A stretch of DNA of 64,000 nucleotides from a virus: the IMG/VR virus record IMGVR_UViG_3300001533_002283, positions 32,001 through 96,000 of that record; one strand, 5' to 3'. The notes under the pieces were generated by a model, which saw only the letters and a program-made list of their open reading frames with translations, was not told the DNA's origin and ran no database searches. The number at the start of each line of letters is the position of its first letter. Position 1 is the first letter of the stretch. Of the stretch, positions 21,006-31,895 are shown one piece after another. Made by a program: the position numbers and the translations under genes.

Positions 21006-21013
<8 letters not shown>
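20561..21013 (-). CDS. AAA_33/polynucleotide kinase-like P-loop kinase
   Basis: GPAGCGKSTWA, NADTMR, IDQTN..R..R, C..NNEKR.R.VP..VI. Confidence 0.85.
20567..20595 (-). promoter_or_regulatory. sigma70-like promoter
   Basis: TTGACG-17-TATGTT, inside the kinase 3' end. Confidence 0.55.
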
Positions 21014-21616
<603 letters not shown>

Positions 21617-21617
<1 letters not shown>

Positions 21618-22903
21618 TAAGCGGCCTCCTCCATGTCAACTTGATTCTCGTCAGACTTAATAATACCCTCGCCGACTTTAAAATAAAATCCTTTTTCTTT
21701 CAGGAATTTAACAGTATTTCCGACCGCGTATCTAACAATTACCCCTTCGGAGTAGTGACGATTATCTTCTGGATCGGCTTTATCCAAATATGACTTAACT
21801 TTCTCATAAAGCGCCTCTTTATTTCCGTCGTAAATAAACTCTGGTTCAAACTCGTGTGGCGCTTTCACACCAATATTTTTGGCCAATTTCTTAACTTCTT
21901 CTAAGGATAGTCCGATAGAATGACCATCCTCATTTGTAAACGTCGCATGATACAGCATGAATGAATGTGCACCTTCCGTGTCTTCGTAAGAGAAGAACAT
22001 GGGGCTATTATATTGATTCTTAATCTCTTTAAATTCTGGTTTATTTAAATCATGTGGGGCCATAATCGGTTTTCCATTCGCCCAGCCCGTGATTTCGCCA
22101 TACAGAGTGTAACCAAAAGGAATTTTATCTTTGATTAGTGGGAGAATTTCATAACGGAAGGATTCCGAGCCGTGAAAACCCTCCTTGTTTGTTTCGTGTG
22201 GCAGTAACACCACGCGGCGAGTCCCCAAAAGATACTCTCTCTTAGATTCCGAGAAAACCTTAACAAATTTATTAATAAATCGTTTAAACTTATTGAGTTC
22301 GATAATTTGCGAAACATACCCTGCCCGAAAGCTCGTTCCGTGACGCTTGTTTTGGAGAGAAATTAATGCTCCTTTGGGAATTTCCCCGATCATATAGCGT
22401 AATTGTTCGGTGTCTGCGTGCTCTTTCAGCATTTTGCTAACGGGCTGTTTCTTTCCTTGTTTTGCGGCGTTGGCCTGAGCTTTTAAAGTAGCTGGCGTAT
22501 AATATTTCTGACAAATCTTTACCTTGTTCAATTCAGTAAACTTATCGCCCACTTTTAGCTTGGAAACGTTAACCCCTGTGTATTCTAAGCAAGAAATCGG
22601 GGACCAAAAACCACAAGATTTAACTCCTTTGAACTTCTGCGAGCGGATTCGGGCCTTGCCTTTTGTAAAAAACCCGCCGCCAATTCGTTTGCCGTCTTTA
22701 TCTAAAGTTGGGAACAACCCGTTCTTTTCACAAAATTCATCCTCGAAAATACCATCTTCGGGGAAAAATACTCCAATGTCACCAATCTTGGTATTAACAG
22801 AAACAACAACCCCACTGTTTAACACCGTGGCGGCAACAATGCGGTCGGCACCCTCGATAGGGCGAATAGAATCAATTTTTGCGATAATAGCTTCGTAACT
22901 CAT
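21617..22903 (-). CDS. RNA ligase (DRB0094-like) with N-terminal OB/tRNA-binding domain
   Basis: IRPIEGADRI..A.V N-terminus; motif I KRHGTS, YGEITG, SEGVIVR, LKEK. Confidence 0.85.
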
Positions 22904-22912
22904 AGATTAGTT

Positions 22913-22940
22913 AGTTTGTTCGTTCTCGGTCAAAAATCAA
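22913..22940 (-). promoter_or_regulatory. sigma70-like promoter for the RNA ligase operon
   Basis: AAAAATTCTC-TTGATT-16-CAAACT. Confidence 0.55.
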
Positions 22941-24613
22941 GAGAATTTTTCAAGTTTTCCAAATAATTTCAGGTCGCTCCGTCTTAACTTCAGGCCCTTC
23001 CCACGAAACACCATCGGCCATTGCTTTAACAAATTCGGCGTTTAATTTTTGTCGGTGTTCATTCGCGGCAAAGGCGTCAGAATTAGGGCCAAAATACCAA
23101 TTATTAATATAATCTCGTTTAATTTTAGATAGAGTTCTCATAATTAAACCTCCACCAACTTCTTAAATTTCTCAATCTTTTCCAATTCTTCCTGCTTTAC
23201 TTTTTCCGCCCGTTCCCGTTCCAACTCCATTCGCCGCGCCTTTTCGGTCTCAATTTCCGCTTCAAAACCTTTCATTAATTCGCCAACTTTCGCCACCCAA
23301 GGCCCATCAACTTGAAAACCTAGTTTTTTACCATCGTTATTAAATTCGTAAAATGATGAATACCAAGAGTCTAAATTGTAAATTTTCAGTCTTTCTCCAT
23401 CGGGCGCGACCATATAGACGGTTAGTGAACAGCCGGTTGAGTGAGAGTGATAGTCAAACATGTATAAACCTTCCGTAAAACAAAAGGTGTATCCCCACCG
23501 TTCGGTTTTGCGGAGATTCAGACGATATATTTCTTCAATGATTTTTGTGTATGAGTTCATGGTTAAAATTCAAATTCCCTTCGGTATTAAATGAAAACAA
23601 TCTCGCGGCCAAGCGTGATAAAGGGCAAAATATTTGTCGGAATAAATCTTCACCTGCTCTTCCTTATTTTTCGCAAAGAGTTTTAGTCTATCAATTTCTT
23701 GTCTCGCAACCTCCGGCGCGAGTTCAATTACTCGTTTGCGGGCTAAATCCAGCGGAGCATGTCCTTCAACTGCATAACTTGTCCCACCCGAATAACAATT
23801 TTCGGTCCAACCAGTCAAGATTTGATCGGCGACATGTTTAATGATCGTGTCTTGACAAGCAAGGGTTTCAATCAATTCGATTTTATCTTCGGGAGATAGT
23901 GAATCAAGAAGATTGGAAATGTCGATGGTTAGTTGGCCTTTATTTAGTTTAGCGTTCATGATTTTATTCCTCCATTAAAGTTTCCCACGCCTCTTGATTT
24001 GTAAAAATAAATTCAAAAAGTTCGTCTTCTGCACCTTCGGGCCAAAGAATGGCGCGATAAAAATCTTCATGGGAAATACGCGCAGGCTCAACCTCAATAT
24101 AGTCAAACTTTGCGCTAGTTAGCCGCTCCACATTATCGCAAAACGCCTGAAAATCGTGATAGTCGGGCGCGGTTAGAATCGTTGGTTTCACATTAATATT
24201 CATGGTTAAAAATCTTATTCTCCGTCATTATACAAATCCGTTCCAAGTTCACTAGCTTTATTCCGAATCACATCCATAACAGAAGTCAATCGCCGAATCT
24301 CATATACGGAATTCTGTGTCTTAACCTCCCAGCCAGAACCATCCGGTAAAACCTCGAATGACTGAACGATTGAACTGCGAAACCACCCATGTTTCCCCAT
24401 TGGGTTAGACTGATTTGCCAAGCGGGTAAAAATAATCGGTTCACCAACCTTGAGCATTCGCGGGTCAAAAAATCCAATCAGCCAATAGTTGTTAGGGATA
24501 TTTCCCGGATTAATCTCACTTTTTTTCTCTAAACTCCAAAAAATATCACTTGGATAATTCTTCCGCATTAACTCGGCGGATTGTTGAAGTGTTAGTGGTT
24601 GGCGCATGTGTAG

Positions 24614-24642
24614 AGATTGCTAGATTTGGGCGGAAAAGTCAA
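24614..24642 (-). promoter_or_regulatory. sigma70-like promoter
   Basis: AAAACTTC-TTGACT-17-CAATCT, 6 nt before ATG 24607. Confidence 0.6.
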
Positions 24643-26039
24643 GAAGTTTTATTTCTCCACCGGTTTAAAAAACCCCCAATTCAACATTTCTTTTTCATGT
24701 CCCACCAAATATACGGCGACCCAAGATGAAAGCACATCCACATGGGAGAGTTCATAAGTTTCTCCCATGACCAAATTATTTTTACAAAAATTCTTCATGG
24801 ATAGAAACATAGGGTAATAAAAATCGGGGACGCCAACAAAAATTACTTTATCCCCCGCTTTGGGCCAGATTGGTTGTGTGTTATTCATGGTTCGTTAATA
24901 ATTTCATTCACACTAAAATACCTTTTTAGCCCAATTTCAATCTTTTTCTTTAAAAAGTGTTCTGCATGAACGATAAAATCCCGCGCTATTTCATTATCCT
25001 TACGCCTTTTCAACTCTTCAATCCCAACTAAATAAAACTGGGTAAGAAATTCTGGCGTATGCTCAGGACGGGCCAAATTCCAGTGGATGAGATCACCGAA
25101 GGGGTTGCGTGGCATCAGGTGATTATTGAATATCATTTTGACGGTGTTGTGTAAATAACCCGTCTCCATTTCATCCAAAGGGATTTTTTCCCCGAAACGA
25201 TTATACCAATGGGTGATTTGATTTGTGGTGCTCATAAAATCTTTTAACTCCGCACCTTAATCCCTGTCAATTCACAAAATCCTTCTGAATAATAAACGGG
25301 ATCGCCGCCAAATGAAAAGGCTGAACGATTGATCTCTTCGGTTTTTTCTAATGATTCTGGATTTACAAATGGAACAAAATCTTTTAGCTTTTGATTTTTC
25401 TTCTGGTTCAGTTCTTCTATCTTTTTATTCAATTGATAAATCTCCCCGTCGATTTCCTCAATTTCCTCAATCAAAGCGGTGTTATCCTCCTCAATGATTT
25501 CAAAATTCTCAGGATTCAACGCTTTGTAATTATTACTCCAAGTGTAACTATATCGGTCGGAAAAAGTTACCTTAAAAACCCCATAGTATGAGTGCCAAAT
25601 TCGACCTAGCTTCCCCTCGGTTTTTACAAGTGTGCCGTTAATTTTCTTGAGATTATCCCTCATAGAGTGAACCTCTTCCCTATATTTCTCCGCTTCGGTT
25701 TTGCTATCAGTAGTTTCGCGTAGCTTGTCTAATTGGGCGGCGCGTTTCACCAGTTCGTATTTTTGTTGTGTGTTCATATTTATTTGTTTTCCAACCATTC
25801 GTTAAATTCCACCCAAGTAATTGTATCTACAACGTGCATTCCTTCCCAAGCAATGTAATAAAATCGGATATTTTCAGAGCCGAACCAAATGCCATTCAGT
25901 CCGAGTATAGTATCCTCAGTGACAAAATGCTTAAGAAACGATTCTTCGCGGGCATTCACTTGATCCTCTAATCGTTTGAGTTGTTCGATAATCATAAAAT
26001 TATCCCATCAGATTTCGCCCGAATCGTCAATCTAATTCC

Positions 26040-26936
26040 TCAAATTCGCCCCATGATTTTGAATATTGCGCGATCCTTACCTTTCAGTTCGCAATCCCAG
26101 AAAACATCTCGTCCAAAAGATTGTGGTTTTCCGTTTGGCATATCCGCATGTTTTCGCGTCCCGTCCGCACTTTCCGAATAGTGAAAAATAGGAATGAAGT
26201 TTCCCCAAGTTGAGTAAGCAAGGTGGAAATCTTCCTCCTCTGTTTTTCCATGATTGAGGAAAGTCCGATGAAGAGAATCAAAAGTTACGGGGATGCCAGC
26301 GGTTAAGTAGAAATATTTGTGCAAATTAGTGATGGACCAATCGCCATTTGCGTTGTCATTCACCTCAAAAACCAAACGGGAGCGGACTGATTCTGAGAGT
26401 TTACCAACATTTTTTAAAACGGTTTTCGAAATCAAATTAACATCCCCGTCTTTCCTCACATGAATGTTAATGGGTGAATTGTAATTCTTTGGCAAACCAA
26501 TCCTCTCATAAAGTTCCCCGTGCGATTCCAAATCTCTGATTGAGTTTTGAGAAACCGATTCTGATTCAGAGGAGAGACTAACATATTCCGAAGGATGGCT
26601 AGAAATTCGGACCCCAGTTTCTTCTATCGCCGCGCGAATAACACCTAAAGCCCGCTGGATTTCAGAAAAGTTTGGCAAGTCTTCTAAGTGCAAGTCGATT
26701 GCAGGATGGTCTAACAAGGGAATTAAACTAGAACTCATTCTATAACCAGAAATGCCATTTTGCCCACAAAAGCGAATTGTTTCCGCCGTGAGTAGAAGGT
26801 TGTGCAAAATTCTCTCTGAAAGAATTGGCAGGGCTTTTTCTTTCCCGAGTTGGGAAAATCTTGAATAGGTCATCGTCTGGAACTTTTTTCCAGAGTCAGA
26901 GAGTGTGTTACTGATGCAGCAGAGGGAGAGGTTCAT
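26040..26936 (-). CDS. uvsE: UV damage endonuclease UvsE/UVDE
   Basis: LSLCC, YRMSSSLIP, RISSHPSEY..LSS, INIHV, PVTFDSLH, FHYSES..HAD, DCELKGKD.AI. Confidence 0.9.
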   Translation of the reverse strand: MNLSLCCISNTLSDSGKKFQTMTYSRFSQLGKEKALPILSERILHNLLLTAETIRFCGQNGISGYRMSSSLIPLLDHPAIDLHLEDLPNFSEIQRALGVIRAAIEETGVRISSHPSEYVSLSSESESVSQNSIRDLESHGELYERIGLPKNYNSPINIHVRKDGDVNLISKTVLKNVGKLSESVRSRLVFEVNDNANGDWSITNLHKYFYLTAGIPVTFDSLHRTFLNHGKTEEEDFHLAYSTWGNFIPIFHYSESADGTRKHADMPNGKPQSFGRDVFWDCELKGKDRAIFKIMGRI

Positions 26937-26942
26937 GGGGTG

Positions 26943-26970
26943 AGAGTGGAGATTCGTGAGGAAAAATCAA
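26943..26970 (-). promoter_or_regulatory. sigma70-like promoter for uvsE
   Basis: AAAAATATC-TTGATT-16-CACTCT. Confidence 0.6.
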
Positions 26971-26984
26971 GATATTTTTTAAAA

Positions 26985-27881
26985 TTATCCCTGTTTAAAC
27001 CTAAAAAGAAACTCACTACTCTTACTCATCTCGGCAATTTTATTAACTCTCTCCCACTTTTCCCTCTGTTGCTCTCCAATTTTTTTGCAGTTTTCCATGT
27101 TGAGTTTGTTTAAATCAATATGGGTAACGGGCCGACTGGTGGGGACAATAGCGATGCGCCCGTATGCGCGCAATTCCCCACACAGGGCAACGTGTTCGCT
27201 ATCCCCAAAGGTAGCCCACTTTTCTTTGTCGAACGCCCATGAATCAAACAGGCAAAATCCGCCAAATGCCGAGTTGACTTCAACCGGAAGCATGTTTTGA
27301 AAATTTTCCTTATCTTCCTTTCGGTAAAATGGAGTGTCGGCGAAATAAACTCCTCCAAGACCGATTTTATCTCGAAATGCGTAAACATCGTAGAATGAGT
27401 CACTTGCCTCATTAAATGTAAGATCGGGGACGTTTTGACGGCAATTTGAGGTGGCGGCGACAAAATTCTGATTCTCCTCCATGAAGTCATAAAGTGCGAG
27501 GAAATCGCTGTTACCCCACACTAAATCGGTGTCAATCACAAGAGAGTAATCAGAGGGGGTGTCTTTCCCCATTTCTTTATTCTTATTGCGATAATAGGAA
27601 AGAAGTGAAACCCGAATTTCGCTCTCTACACTTCCAAACTTAGGCGCATTTAACTCTTCATAGAGTAGTTTGCCCCCATAGAGAGCGCACCAATCTTGGA
27701 GAATTTGGCGAGTATTGTCGGTTGAGTCGTTGCAATAATAGTAGAAATTAAACTCAAAACCGGGCAATGTGGTTAAGTTGGAGATTTGCTCTAATGTCCG
27801 GTGAATATTCTCCTCCGAGTCACGGAAAAGCGCGTATACATTAATCTTTTTAATTTCTACCTCTTGTAATATATCGCTCAT
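26985..27881 (-). CDS. GT-A fold glycosyltransferase (CAP59/Anp1-like)
   Basis: LFRD, NDSTDNT, L..YRN, VIDTD (DxD), FYDVYAFRD, EVNSAFGG, SEHVALC; start moved to ATG 27881. Confidence 0.75.
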   Translation of the reverse strand: MSDILQEVEIKKINVYALFRDSEENIHRTLEQISNLTTLPGFEFNFYYYCNDSTDNTRQILQDWCALYGGKLLYEELNAPKFGSVESEIRVSLLSYYRNKNKEMGKDTPSDYSLVIDTDLVWGNSDFLALYDFMEENQNFVAATSNCRQNVPDLTFNEASDSFYDVYAFRDKIGLGGVYFADTPFYRKEDKENFQNMLPVEVNSAFGGFCLFDSWAFDKEKWATFGDSEHVALCGELRAYGRIAIVPTSRPVTHIDLNKLNMENCKKIGEQQREKWERVNKIAEMSKSSEFLFRFKQG

Positions 27882-28489
27882 ATTATTTCCCACCTTTCTT
27901 AAACCCAATGTATTTAAATCGTTTAATAAATTCGCTATACCTGCCTCGCCAAGTTCTTCCACCCTCTTTCTCCATAGGGTCGCTCCAAGTAGTGATGATG
28001 GGTTCATCAATGGTAGCCGCGCCGCCTTCGGATTCTTCCTCTTCAATGAGAACAATCTGATGTTGAACGCCTTTCCCATCTTCGTCTTTTAAAGCAAAGA
28101 ATCGGGAGCGTAAATTTTGATAATTTTTGATGTAGTCTTCCATAGTGTTATACCTCATTCAGTATCCCACGTTGCCGCCTCAAAAGCAACGCTAAATCTA
28201 TCCCAAGGGCCATTTTCATCCTCACCTTTATAATAATAAATCATAAATCCGCCACTTCCCGTCCAAGTGGAGACTTCTTTCTCATTTTTACGCTTGGTAT
28301 ATAACTCTCTCATATATCTCCTTACATTCTTCCGCATGTCGGCAATTTCCGGCACGGCCATTCCGCCGTCTTCGGTTCCCCACTTCCAATTAAGAAAATT
28401 CATTATGGTTTTCACTTTATTAAAATCAAACCAATCCATAACTTCTTCTATATGCTGATCTAGTGTTTTCATAAATTATTTTTATTTTT

Positions 28490-29473
28490 TTAATTAATTA
28501 ACCTTTTAAACAATACCCTAAACGCCTTCTCCGCGACATCTGGAACCACTCCATTACCTAAGAGGATATGTCTGTCCACCCGATGGGAAGTCCCATTAGG
28601 CTTTCCACCCAGTTTAAATTCACCACGGGAAGCAATTCTTTGGTGTTCCCATTCTTTTTGCTCTTCTGCTGGATAACTTGGCCATTTTGATTCTGGTCGG
28701 GCATATAAGACTCCATTGCACTCAATAAATTCAAGTCCGTCCTGAGTGGGTCCATAGCATTCGCAGTCGGCATAGTGAGTTCCGCAATCTTCGCACCACT
28801 CTTCTTCGCAGCACTCGCACTTTGGCAATTCGTCTGCGAATTTAACCCGCCGCCAATTGCAAATATTTGACGGGGAAGCTGATCCACTCTCGTCTTCTCG
28901 TCTTTCCTCATCGAGGTTTGATTGAATGAGTCTTTCCAATCTCTTGAATTGGGGGTTATCCAAAATTGCAAGGATGAAGACTCTTTTTCTTTCATGGGAT
29001 GCGCCGCATTCCGCCGCGCTAAATATTCCCCACGTTGTTCTATAACCCATTTCTTCCAAATCGCTAATGACTGTGGGGAGTCCCATCGTGATGTGCCCTT
29101 CAACATTTTCAAAGAGACAGATGGTGGGCTGCATTTGTTTAATTCCGTCTCTGATGAATGGCCAGAGATGGCGAGGGTCTTTTTCTCCAAGTCGTTTTCC
29201 GACAAGTGCGAAGGGTTTACAGGGATACCCGGCAGAGAGGATATCCACTTTTCCGTAAAATTCTTCGTATGGAAAGTTCGTAACGTCTGTCCAAACAGGC
29301 GCGGCATCCAATTTCCCTTCTTCAATTTTTGCAAGAAGATTTTCGATGACATAGCTTTCTCTCTCACAGTAACAGATTGTTCTAAGATTTGGGATAACTC
29401 GCTTGATTCCAAGGCTAATTCCCTCAAATCCTGAACAAAGGGAGGCGTAATTAATTGTTTGGGTAATATCCAT
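28490..29473 (-). CDS. C5-cytosine DNA methyltransferase, alpha polypeptide (motifs I-VIII and X)
   Basis: SLCSGFEG, AGYPCKPF, FENVEG, HERKRVF, LGNGVVP; motif IX absent. Confidence 0.9.
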   Translation of the reverse strand: MDITQTINYASLCSGFEGISLGIKRVIPNLRTICYCERESYVIENLLAKIEEGKLDAAPVWTDVTNFPYEEFYGKVDILSAGYPCKPFALVGKRLGEKDPRHLWPFIRDGIKQMQPTICLFENVEGHITMGLPTVISDLEEMGYRTTWGIFSAAECGASHERKRVFILAILDNPQFKRLERLIQSNLDEERREDESGSASPSNICNWRRVKFADELPKCECCEEEWCEDCGTHYADCECYGPTQDGLEFIECNGVLYARPESKWPSYPAEEQKEWEHQRIASRGEFKLGGKPNGTSHRVDRHILLGNGVVPDVAEKAFRVLFKRLIN

Positions 29474-29478
29474 GTCAT
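28558..29478 (-). CDS. C5-methyltransferase beta polypeptide in an overlapping frame (supplies motif IX)
   Basis: 306-aa stop-free overlapping frame with WITPNSRDWKD and C-terminal NLNWVESLMGLPIGWTD; ATG 5 nt upstream of the alpha ATG. Confidence 0.75.
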   Translation of the reverse strand: MTWILPKQLITPPFVQDLRELALESSELSQILEQSVTVREKAMSSKIFLQKLKKGNWMPRLFGQTLRTFHTKNFTEKWISSLPGIPVNPSHLSENDLEKKTLAISGHSSETELNKCSPPSVSLKMLKGTSRWDSPQSLAIWKKWVIEQRGEYLARRNAAHPMKEKESSSLQFWITPNSRDWKDSFNQTSMRKDEKTRVDQLPRQIFAIGGGLNSQTNCQSASAAKKSGAKIAELTMPTANAMDPLRTDLNLLSAMESYMPDQNQNGQVIQQKSKKNGNTKELLPVVNLNWVESLMGLPIGWTDISS

Positions 29479-29501
29479 TATTTATGGTGTGTTGTGTTAT
29501 A

Positions 29502-30095
29502 TTAAATTGAGTTCCCGCCGCTACTGCCAAAACCACCCTCATTCCGTGCAGTTTCGTCTAACTTGTCAACCAAAACCCATTTAATATCAACGTTTTTTAC
29601 GGGACGAACCTGAAGGATTCTATCTCCCACTTTGTAACACTTGTCCAAATTAACTCGTGCACCCATAACCTCCCAATGAATTTCATCCGCATATGTGTAG
29701 GGTCGAAGGGTCAAATCTGTTGGCTGGATTTTATAACCTAGTCTGATTTTTATTTCACCTCGATAGGGGTTATCTATTGTTGGACAAGAGTTTAATACAT
29801 AATGATTATACTTACTGATACTTGAACGAGGAAGACCCTGAAGCCACCATTTTTCAGGAGGCGAAGTTAACATACTGAAAAGATCGCCCGTTGTGTTTTG
29901 GGTATCTTGTGGAGCGACAAATAAATTCGTTCCATACTCGATATAATCAATTTCGCTATAAATACCCCCACCAACTTCAGTCCCGACAATTTTCGGCCCG
30001 GAAGTGGCATAAATATCATAGGCAGCGTCTAGTGGGTTAAATTTTTCAGGGAGTTTTAGCCCTTCAACGTTTCTAACTTGAATTGTAATTTCCAT
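29502..30095 (-). CDS. dut: trimeric dUTPase
   Basis: AAYD, LPRSS, TIDNPYRGEI, GDRILQ, RNEGGFGSSG. Confidence 0.9.
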   Translation of the reverse strand: MEITIQVRNVEGLKLPEKFNPLDAAYDIYATSGPKIVGTEVGGGIYSEIDYIEYGTNLFVAPQDTQNTTGDLFSMLTSPPEKWWLQGLPRSSISKYNHYVLNSCPTIDNPYRGEIKIRLGYKIQPTDLTLRPYTYADEIHWEVMGARVNLDKCYKVGDRILQVRPVKNVDIKWVLVDKLDETARNEGGFGSSGGNSI

Positions 30096-30276
30096 AAGGT
30101 GTTATAAATTAATTGTTTTATATCTTAAACTCTTTCCAATTTTCTTAAAATGCTTTCCGGAGTCCAAAGACTCTTTGTTTGTGAAGGAGCAAAGAGACTC
30201 GCGAATTTATTCGTGAAAGGAATTGCGCAGTAAATTATTGCGGTTTTCATTAAAAGTTAAAAATCTTTAAAAATCG

Positions 30277-30306
30277 TTTCTATTTTAGAAGAAATTACTG
30301 TAATAT
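30277..30306 (+). promoter_or_regulatory. putative phage-specific bipartite promoter
   Basis: TTTCTA-N15-CTGTAATAT, 7 nt before the tnpB ATG. Confidence 0.5.
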
Positions 30307-30313
30307 ATAATTG

Positions 30314-31453
30314 ATGATATGTTATTCAACCAAATTACTTGCCGAAAGTCAAGAGGATTTTGCGGATTTACGCAAACTTCTTGAGTGGCAGCGTTTGGCT
30401 TTTAACGAAGCATCTAAGGTTCAATTTGGGCAAAAGAAAAATAGCATTGTTTGGTTGCATGGAAATTTTTATAGAAAATTTAGAGATTCAAATCCATATA
30501 TTCCATCTCAGGTAATTGTTCGGGCGGAACAAGAGTGTTTATCTAAATATGCGGGAGCTAAATCGAACAAACATAAACCTGTTAAAGCGCACGAAAAGAG
30601 AAATTTAAGTATACAATTAGACCAACGGATTTATTCAGTTAAAGAAAAATATACGATTGGAATTACCACAGCGAACAAAAGAAAACAATTCAAATATGTT
30701 TTATATCCCAAACTGAAAGAACTCTTAGATAAGGTCGGTCATAAAGATCCATCTATTTTTGAACGAAATGGGGAATTTTATATCAGTTTTCCCTTTGATG
30801 TTAAAGTTGAGCCGGAGAAGCAAAATTTAGCTTTAGGTGTTGATTTGGGCATTCGTGTTGCAGCGGCGTGTTCTGATGGGCGTATAATTAAGGATAAGAA
30901 GTTTAATGCAGGGCAGCGCAAACTTCGCTTTTTGAAGCGAAAACTTAAATCGGCGATTCACACACGAAAATCAAAATCAGCCCGCAAGCATTTGAAAAAA
31001 CTCCGCAGAAAAGAGCGGAATAAAAACAAGAACCAAACTTTCTTAATCGCCAATAAGATTCTCCAAACAAAAGCACAAGTTATTACTTTGGAGAATCTTG
31101 AAGGAATTAAGGCTAAAAAACATAAAAATCAGAATAAAAACAAAATCAGTCAGGTTCCGTTATACGAACTTCGGCGAGTTCTAACCTATAAGGCTCTTTT
31201 ACTTGGCAAACAAGTAATTGTTGTTAACCCCGCATTCACTTCTCAAATTGATTCCATCACTGGGAAACGAGAGGGCGAACGTAAGGGTAGGCGTTTTTAT
31301 TCAAAATCAGGTCTAGTCTATGATGCGGATTTGAATGCCGCCAGAAACATAGGCCAAAGATCAAAACTCCCCGTTTCGTATGGAAACATACTTGATGGGC
31401 AAGCCGTTGTCACCCGGCTAATAGTTGGAAATACTTTAAGTAGAAATACTTAA
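30314..31453 (+). CDS. tnpB: TnpB RNA-guided endonuclease
   Basis: RuvC-I GVDLGI, RuvC-II LENL, RuvC-III DADLNAARNI; basic bridge-helix region; VNPAFTSQ. Confidence 0.9.
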   Translation: MICYSTKLLAESQEDFADLRKLLEWQRLAFNEASKVQFGQKKNSIVWLHGNFYRKFRDSNPYIPSQVIVRAEQECLSKYAGAKSNKHKPVKAHEKRNLSIQLDQRIYSVKEKYTIGITTANKRKQFKYVLYPKLKELLDKVGHKDPSIFERNGEFYISFPFDVKVEPEKQNLALGVDLGIRVAAACSDGRIIKDKKFNAGQRKLRFLKRKLKSAIHTRKSKSARKHLKKLRRKERNKNKNQTFLIANKILQTKAQVITLENLEGIKAKKHKNQNKNKISQVPLYELRRVLTYKALLLGKQVIVVNPAFTSQIDSITGKREGERKGRRFYSKSGLVYDADLNAARNIGQRSKLPVSYGNILDGQAVVTRLIVGNTLSRNT

Positions 31454-31516
31454 CTTTTTTCTGGCAAGTCCGCAAATTTATTTGCGGGTAAGTGACGGGA
31501 CGATTTCTCCAACTCT
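31330..31516 (+). ncRNA. TnpB omegaRNA (scaffold plus ~20-nt guide; 5' end uncertain)
   Basis: AGCCG-TTGTCACC-CGGCT hairpin whose loop GTCAC (31409-31413) is complementary to terminal GTGAC (31492-31496); TTAAGTA-GAAA-TACTTAA stem; right-end hairpin; guide 31497-31516. Confidence 0.7.
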
Positions 31517-31674
31517 TTAAACTCTTTTTCTGTTAATTCCTTGCACTTAATTTCAAAAACGTCCCCATCTTCCATGCAAGAAATCTCCGACATAAAATCT
31601 TCAAATTTATCCGACCAATAACCGGCTTTTTCTTGGTTATGGATAAACCAGATTTTAACTTTTTTGTTTTCCAT
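31450..31674 (-). CDS. hypothetical protein with C-terminus replaced by the IS right end
   Basis: MENKKVKIWF..KELEKSS then runs into right-end-derived RHLPANKFADL. Confidence 0.6.
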   Translation of the reverse strand: MENKKVKIWFIHNQEKAGYWSDKFEDFMSEISCMEDGDVFEIKCKELTEKEFKELEKSSRHLPANKFADLPEKS

Positions 31675-31895
31675 AAAATTAATCGGTAAATTCAATTAAA
31701 ACTCGCGGGGCTTGAATCCGAGAGAGAACAATGCGTCGGTTAAATTCTTGTTCTGTAATTAGCTCTTCCATTGATTCCCGAAAATTCTTTAAATCCCAGC
31801 CTTTATGGTCAAGAATAGTAATAGAGCTATACTCTAACTCTTTCAACCAACCATAACTTGATTTTTTAATAATCGTATCGTTCATATTTTTATTT

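Larger units (their letters stand above)
30176..31496 (+). mobile_element. IS200/IS605-family (IS1341-like, tnpB-only) element
   Basis: related subterminal hairpins CTCGCGAAT-TT-ATTCGTGA (30198-30216) and TCCGCAAAT-TT-ATTTGCGGG (31469-31488); right end TGAC at 31496; left boundary inferred; no tnpA. Confidence 0.75.

Noticed and set aside
27882-28079. N-terminal extension of the glycosyltransferase ORF
   Set aside because: It overlaps the separate gene 27883-28158; ATG 27881 right after that stop is the more plausible start.
30096-31700. Cas12f/CRISPR system around the RuvC gene
   Set aside because: No repeat-spacer array on either side; the flanks are IS200/IS605 hairpin ends, so this is TnpB.
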